Shown: one piece after another, positions 61,901 to 64,000 of the stretch
Layout: each line of letters begins with the position of its first letter
Numbering within the stretch: position 1 is the stretch's first letter
NCBI GenBank assembly: GCA_934272785.1
Contig: CAKQSE010000007.1
Location: 1,151-65,150 of the forward strand
Reading direction: 5' to 3'
DNA length: 64,000 nt
Source: an uncultured Alphaproteobacteria bacterium
Lineage (GTDB): Bacteria > Pseudomonadota > Alphaproteobacteria > Rs-D84
Position numbers and translations under genes: made by a program
Notes under the pieces: generated by a model
The model's input: the letters and a program-made list of their open reading frames with translations, nothing else
The model's database searches: none
Told to the model about the DNA's origin: nothing

Positions 61901-62446
61901 CAGTCAAAATCAACCCCGTTTGGTGCCAGTATGAAATTCGCCATCGGTGGCAAGGAACACGCCAAGAAAGATTTGGGTATGATTGCGATGATGTCGGGTG
62001 CATATGTTGCCCAGATTGCACTGGGGGCAAATCCGGTCCAGGCGATTCGCGCATTTCGCGAGGCGGCGGCGTTCCCGGGCCCATCAATCATATTGGCGTA
62101 TGCGCCGTGTATCGCGCATGGATTCGCACTGCAAAACGGTGTCCAGCACCAGACCCAGGTTGTCCATACGGGCGCGTGGCCGCTGTATCGTTTTGACCCG
62201 ACCTTGGTCCTGGCGGGGCACAATCCATTGACGCTGGATTCCAATGTGGATAATCCAACGCCGTTGGAAGATTTCTTGAAAACCGAGAGTCGTTTTGGCG
62301 CGGCGCGCGCGGTCAATCCGAACTTTGACAGATTGGTCGAATTTGCCAAGGAAAATAATCGCTATAAGAGCGAGCTGAAAAAATACATCGCGCATTTTGC
62401 AATGATGCACGCGGCAAACGAAACCAAAGAAAATGGCGAGGGGTAA
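58934..62446 (+). CDS. nifJ: Pyruvate:ferredoxin (flavodoxin) oxidoreductase
   Basis: 1170-aa single-chain PFOR with two ferredoxin-type clusters (CIQCGKCSMLCP and CTGCGVCVKNCP) and the TPP motif GGDGWAYDIGYGGLDH. Confidence 0.95.
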   Translation: MANLIVDGNWAAADVAYRCVDFAAIYPITPSSTMGELADEWSFQHKKNIWGAIPQIIEMQSEGGAAGAMHGALQMGALATTFTASQGLLLMIPNMYKIAGEQTPFVMHVAARALATHALSIFGDHSDVMAVRSTGFALLSSHNVQQASDMAAIAHAATLRARVPFLHFFDGFRTSHEESRLNRIEDEVLRKMIPDDLVRENRARGMSPEHPTIRGTAQNPDVYFQGREAANPLYAATPEIVQKCMDEFAALTGRKYNLVDYVGDPNAENVIVAMGSACETIEETLPFLPRGLGLVKVHLFRPFPVDALRAALPKTVKRIAVLDRTKEPGAIGEPLYQDVKTVVGDAAAVYGGRYGLGSKEFKPRDVKAVYENLMRDTLHHNFTVGIDDDLTGLSLKTDPAFAVQAENFKTAILYGIGSDGTVGAVKNIVKIVGENSELYPQSYAVYDSKKSGGLTASHIRFSDAPIKSQYLIEVADFISVSNFMIAQRFDVFRGLRAGGTVMINTSMAPDVAFANLPRETQEHLIRLRANVYFLDANGAAAELGLGNRINTFIMLNFFNLTQIIDPAVAAKSAKAAIEKTYKKKGMDIVQANWTAVDRAAGYLHQYTLPSSVSNFAPDFIPAMTADAPAEIAGTLGEMAAQRGDAIPVSRFRTDGAFGAGQYPVGTSKYEKRSISQRVATCDLEKCIQCGKCSMLCPHAAIRIRALTADQVDAARAAGITVVPMKTPELGSDMYYTLAISPADCTGCGVCVKNCPVAALAMKNAHDVADENQRAFDAVVKLPDIPREKLNLNIPKHVELLPHYFEFPGACAGCGETPYIKMLAHLFGDHMVVANATGCSSIYGANLPTTPWTCDAAGCGPAWSNSLFEDNAEYGLGMRLALNQKRDTLRSLLFELNIPNVDAMFDTHDINAQRASADMLRKKLATIDGPRARVAESLVDAIVNKSVWIIGGDGWAYDIGYGGLDHILHSGENVNVLVLDTEGYSNTGGQQSKSTPFGASMKFAIGGKEHAKKDLGMIAMMSGAYVAQIALGANPVQAIRAFREAAAFPGPSIILAYAPCIAHGFALQNGVQHQTQVVHTGAWPLYRFDPTLVLAGHNPLTLDSNVDNPTPLEDFLKTESRFGAARAVNPNFDRLVEFAKENNRYKSELKKYIAHFAMMHAANETKENGEG

Positions 62447-62450
62447 AAAC

Positions 62451-62879
62451 ATGAAAAAAATTATCGCGATTTGTTTAATTGCACTGGCGGGCTGCACGTT
62501 CCAGACCAAGCACCGTGGATACGTTTTCCCGGCGGATTTGGACGCGCGCGTCGCGCAAATTAAAACGACCGACCAACTGGAACAACAGATTGGCGCGCCC
62601 CAGGTGAAAACAATCCACGGGGACGACGTCTGGGTTTATTATGGCGCGGATGAAAATTACCGTGGGCCATTGAAAAAGACGTATGATAATCGGACGGTCT
62701 TGCTGGCGTGGGTAAATGGCAATCGCGTGACCCGGACCCAGGTTTTACGTGATGACGATTTGCCTGATGTCCAGGTTGCCGATGGTGAAACAGAAATCCC
62801 GGCGGCGATTGAACTGAACGCAATCCAGGAACTGTTTAACAATATCGGTCGTTTCACACCGGCGGGACTGGGCCAATAA
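62451..62879 (+). CDS. bamE: Outer membrane protein assembly factor BamE (SmpA/OmlA)
   Basis: Lipobox LIALAGC followed by RGY.....L..I..G.T..QV...LG-type sequence. 142 aa. Confidence 0.8.
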   Translation: MKKIIAICLIALAGCTFQTKHRGYVFPADLDARVAQIKTTDQLEQQIGAPQVKTIHGDDVWVYYGADENYRGPLKKTYDNRTVLLAWVNGNRVTRTQVLRDDDLPDVQVADGETEIPAAIELNAIQELFNNIGRFTPAGLGQ

Positions 62880-62930
62880 AAAGCGTTTGGATTTTTACCG
62901 CAAATTGTGTAAAATAATGTCCAAAGAGAG

Positions 62931-63476
62931 ATGCGTATGAAAAAACTATTTTGTTCTGTGATTGTGCTGGCCATGATGGCGGCGGGCGCGCACGCGGCGA
63001 CGTTCACGTCGTGTGGGGCGGGGTATATATTGACAGAACACGCAAAAGTCGATGGAATCAAGGCGGCCGAGTGTCAAAAGTTGTGGTGCCGTGATCTGGA
63101 AACCGGACGCGCCATGGGCAATGGCCGCGCGGCGTCATCGGGATACAGTGATACGCCCGCACCGGTGGAACTGACCGATGCGTCGGGAAATCGTATTGAA
63201 TGCTTTGGCAAACGCAAGTGGTGCAATGGGGAACCGGCGGGCGATTGGAATCCGGAATATGGCGCATACACACGTGGTGGTGACGACAGCACGTATAAGT
63301 CATATCAAAAGGGTGGCTGTTTTGCATGGCAATTGGAAAAGCCGGACTGTGCAGATGGCCTGACCGCGATATTACAGAATCATAAATGGGTCTGTGCCAA
63401 GGCCGAAGGGGGCGCGTCCATCAATCGTGCGTCGGCGGTGCGTCGAACCGGCGCGGTGCGTCGCACAACCCGCTAA
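62931..63476 (+). CDS. Hypothetical secreted Cys-containing protein
   Basis: Signal peptide ...MMAAGAHA, 8 Cys in the mature part, and a basic C-terminal tandem AVRRTGAVRRTTR. Confidence 0.5.
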   Translation: MRMKKLFCSVIVLAMMAAGAHAATFTSCGAGYILTEHAKVDGIKAAECQKLWCRDLETGRAMGNGRAASSGYSDTPAPVELTDASGNRIECFGKRKWCNGEPAGDWNPEYGAYTRGGDDSTYKSYQKGGCFAWQLEKPDCADGLTAILQNHKWVCAKAEGGASINRASAVRRTGAVRRTTR

Positions 63477-63485
63477 GGTATAAAT

Positions 63486-63513
63486 GCCCCCTGTGTGGGG
63501 CGTTTTATTTTTT
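63486..63513 (+). terminator. Rho-independent terminator
   Basis: gcccc-ctgtgt-ggggc hairpin followed by a T-run. Confidence 0.6.
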
Positions 63514-63583
63514 ATTGGTCAATTATTTGTTTTTTTGGATTTTTTGTGATATACTGTCTGGGAATCAGAGAGAATGGCAACCG

Positions 63584-64000
63584 CAAAAGGTAACGCTATT
63601 ATGCCAAGCAAGAAATTAGATTTTAAAACAGGCCAGTATGTTGTATATCCGACCCAGGGCGTTGGAAAACTGGTCCGAACCGAAGAACAAACAATCGGTG
63701 ACCAAAAGATTAAAATGCTGGTCATTGATTTTGAACGCAACCATATGACATTGCGCGTGCCGGTTGAACGTGCCGAAATTTCGGGACTGCGTCCACTGAC
63801 CACCGCCAAAAAGATGGACGAGGCAATTGCCTCTGCCAAGGGCAAGGCTGGTGCCAAACGTATGATTTGGGCACGTCGCGCCGCCCAATACGAAGAGAAT
63901 ATCAATTCTGGCGACCCCATGAAATTGGCCGAGGTTGTGCGTGACCTGCAACGTCGGACGGCGGCGGATACGATGACGTTTTCTGCGCGCCAGTTGTATT
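63584..64000 (+). CDS. carD: CarD/CdnL family transcriptional regulator (3' end outside window)
   Basis: My own translation from ATG 63584 reads MATAKGNAIMPSKKLDFKTGQYVVYPTQGVGKLVRTEEQTIGDQKIKMLVIDF...RMIWARRAAQYEENINSGDP. This matches the CarD N-terminal Tudor-like domain. It is not in the ORF track because it runs off the window. Confidence 0.85.

Overview
This 64-kb chromosomal window looks alphaproteobacterial. It carries a CcrM-type adenine methyltransferase, a CarD/CdnL regulator and CTTG-N17-CYTATNT-like heat-shock promoters. It also carries anaerobe-type redox genes (pyruvate:ferredoxin oxidoreductase, flavodoxin). The housekeeping backbone is pgk, rnhB, an slt-like transglycosylase, nrdR, ccrM, clpP-clpX, rpmB, clpB, an msbA-like exporter, rpsU, polA, pth, pbpC with an alpha-2-macroglobulin gene, rpsB-tsf, tyrS, an envC-like gene, ctpA, nifJ, bamE and carD. 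There are three tRNAs: Leu-CAA, Ala-UGC, and a Leu tRNA whose anticodon I read by hand as AAG, which is unusual for bacteria. The accessory content has five parts. (1) A family of mosaic, nested palindromic repeats fills at least five intergenic regions and brackets, in inverted orientation, a 4.3-kb gene for a modular PKD-like/LRR surface protein. (2) A visibly AT-rich type II restriction-modification cassette lies near tRNA-Leu(CAA), which is followed by two partial copies of its own 3' end. (3) A roughly 20-kb stretch is dominated by secreted, cysteine-rich and outer-membrane proteins. (4) An overlapping operon encodes a Doc/Fic-like protein with a substituted catalytic histidine plus an APH-type kinase. 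(5) Further items are a ClpP paralogue lacking the catalytic Ser/His, an orphan serine recombinase, and a MerR-flavodoxin module flanked by identical terminator copies. No CRISPR array, rRNA, transposase or phage structural genes were seen. All calls rest on motif reading of the supplied ORF translations and manual inspection of the DNA. No database search was run.
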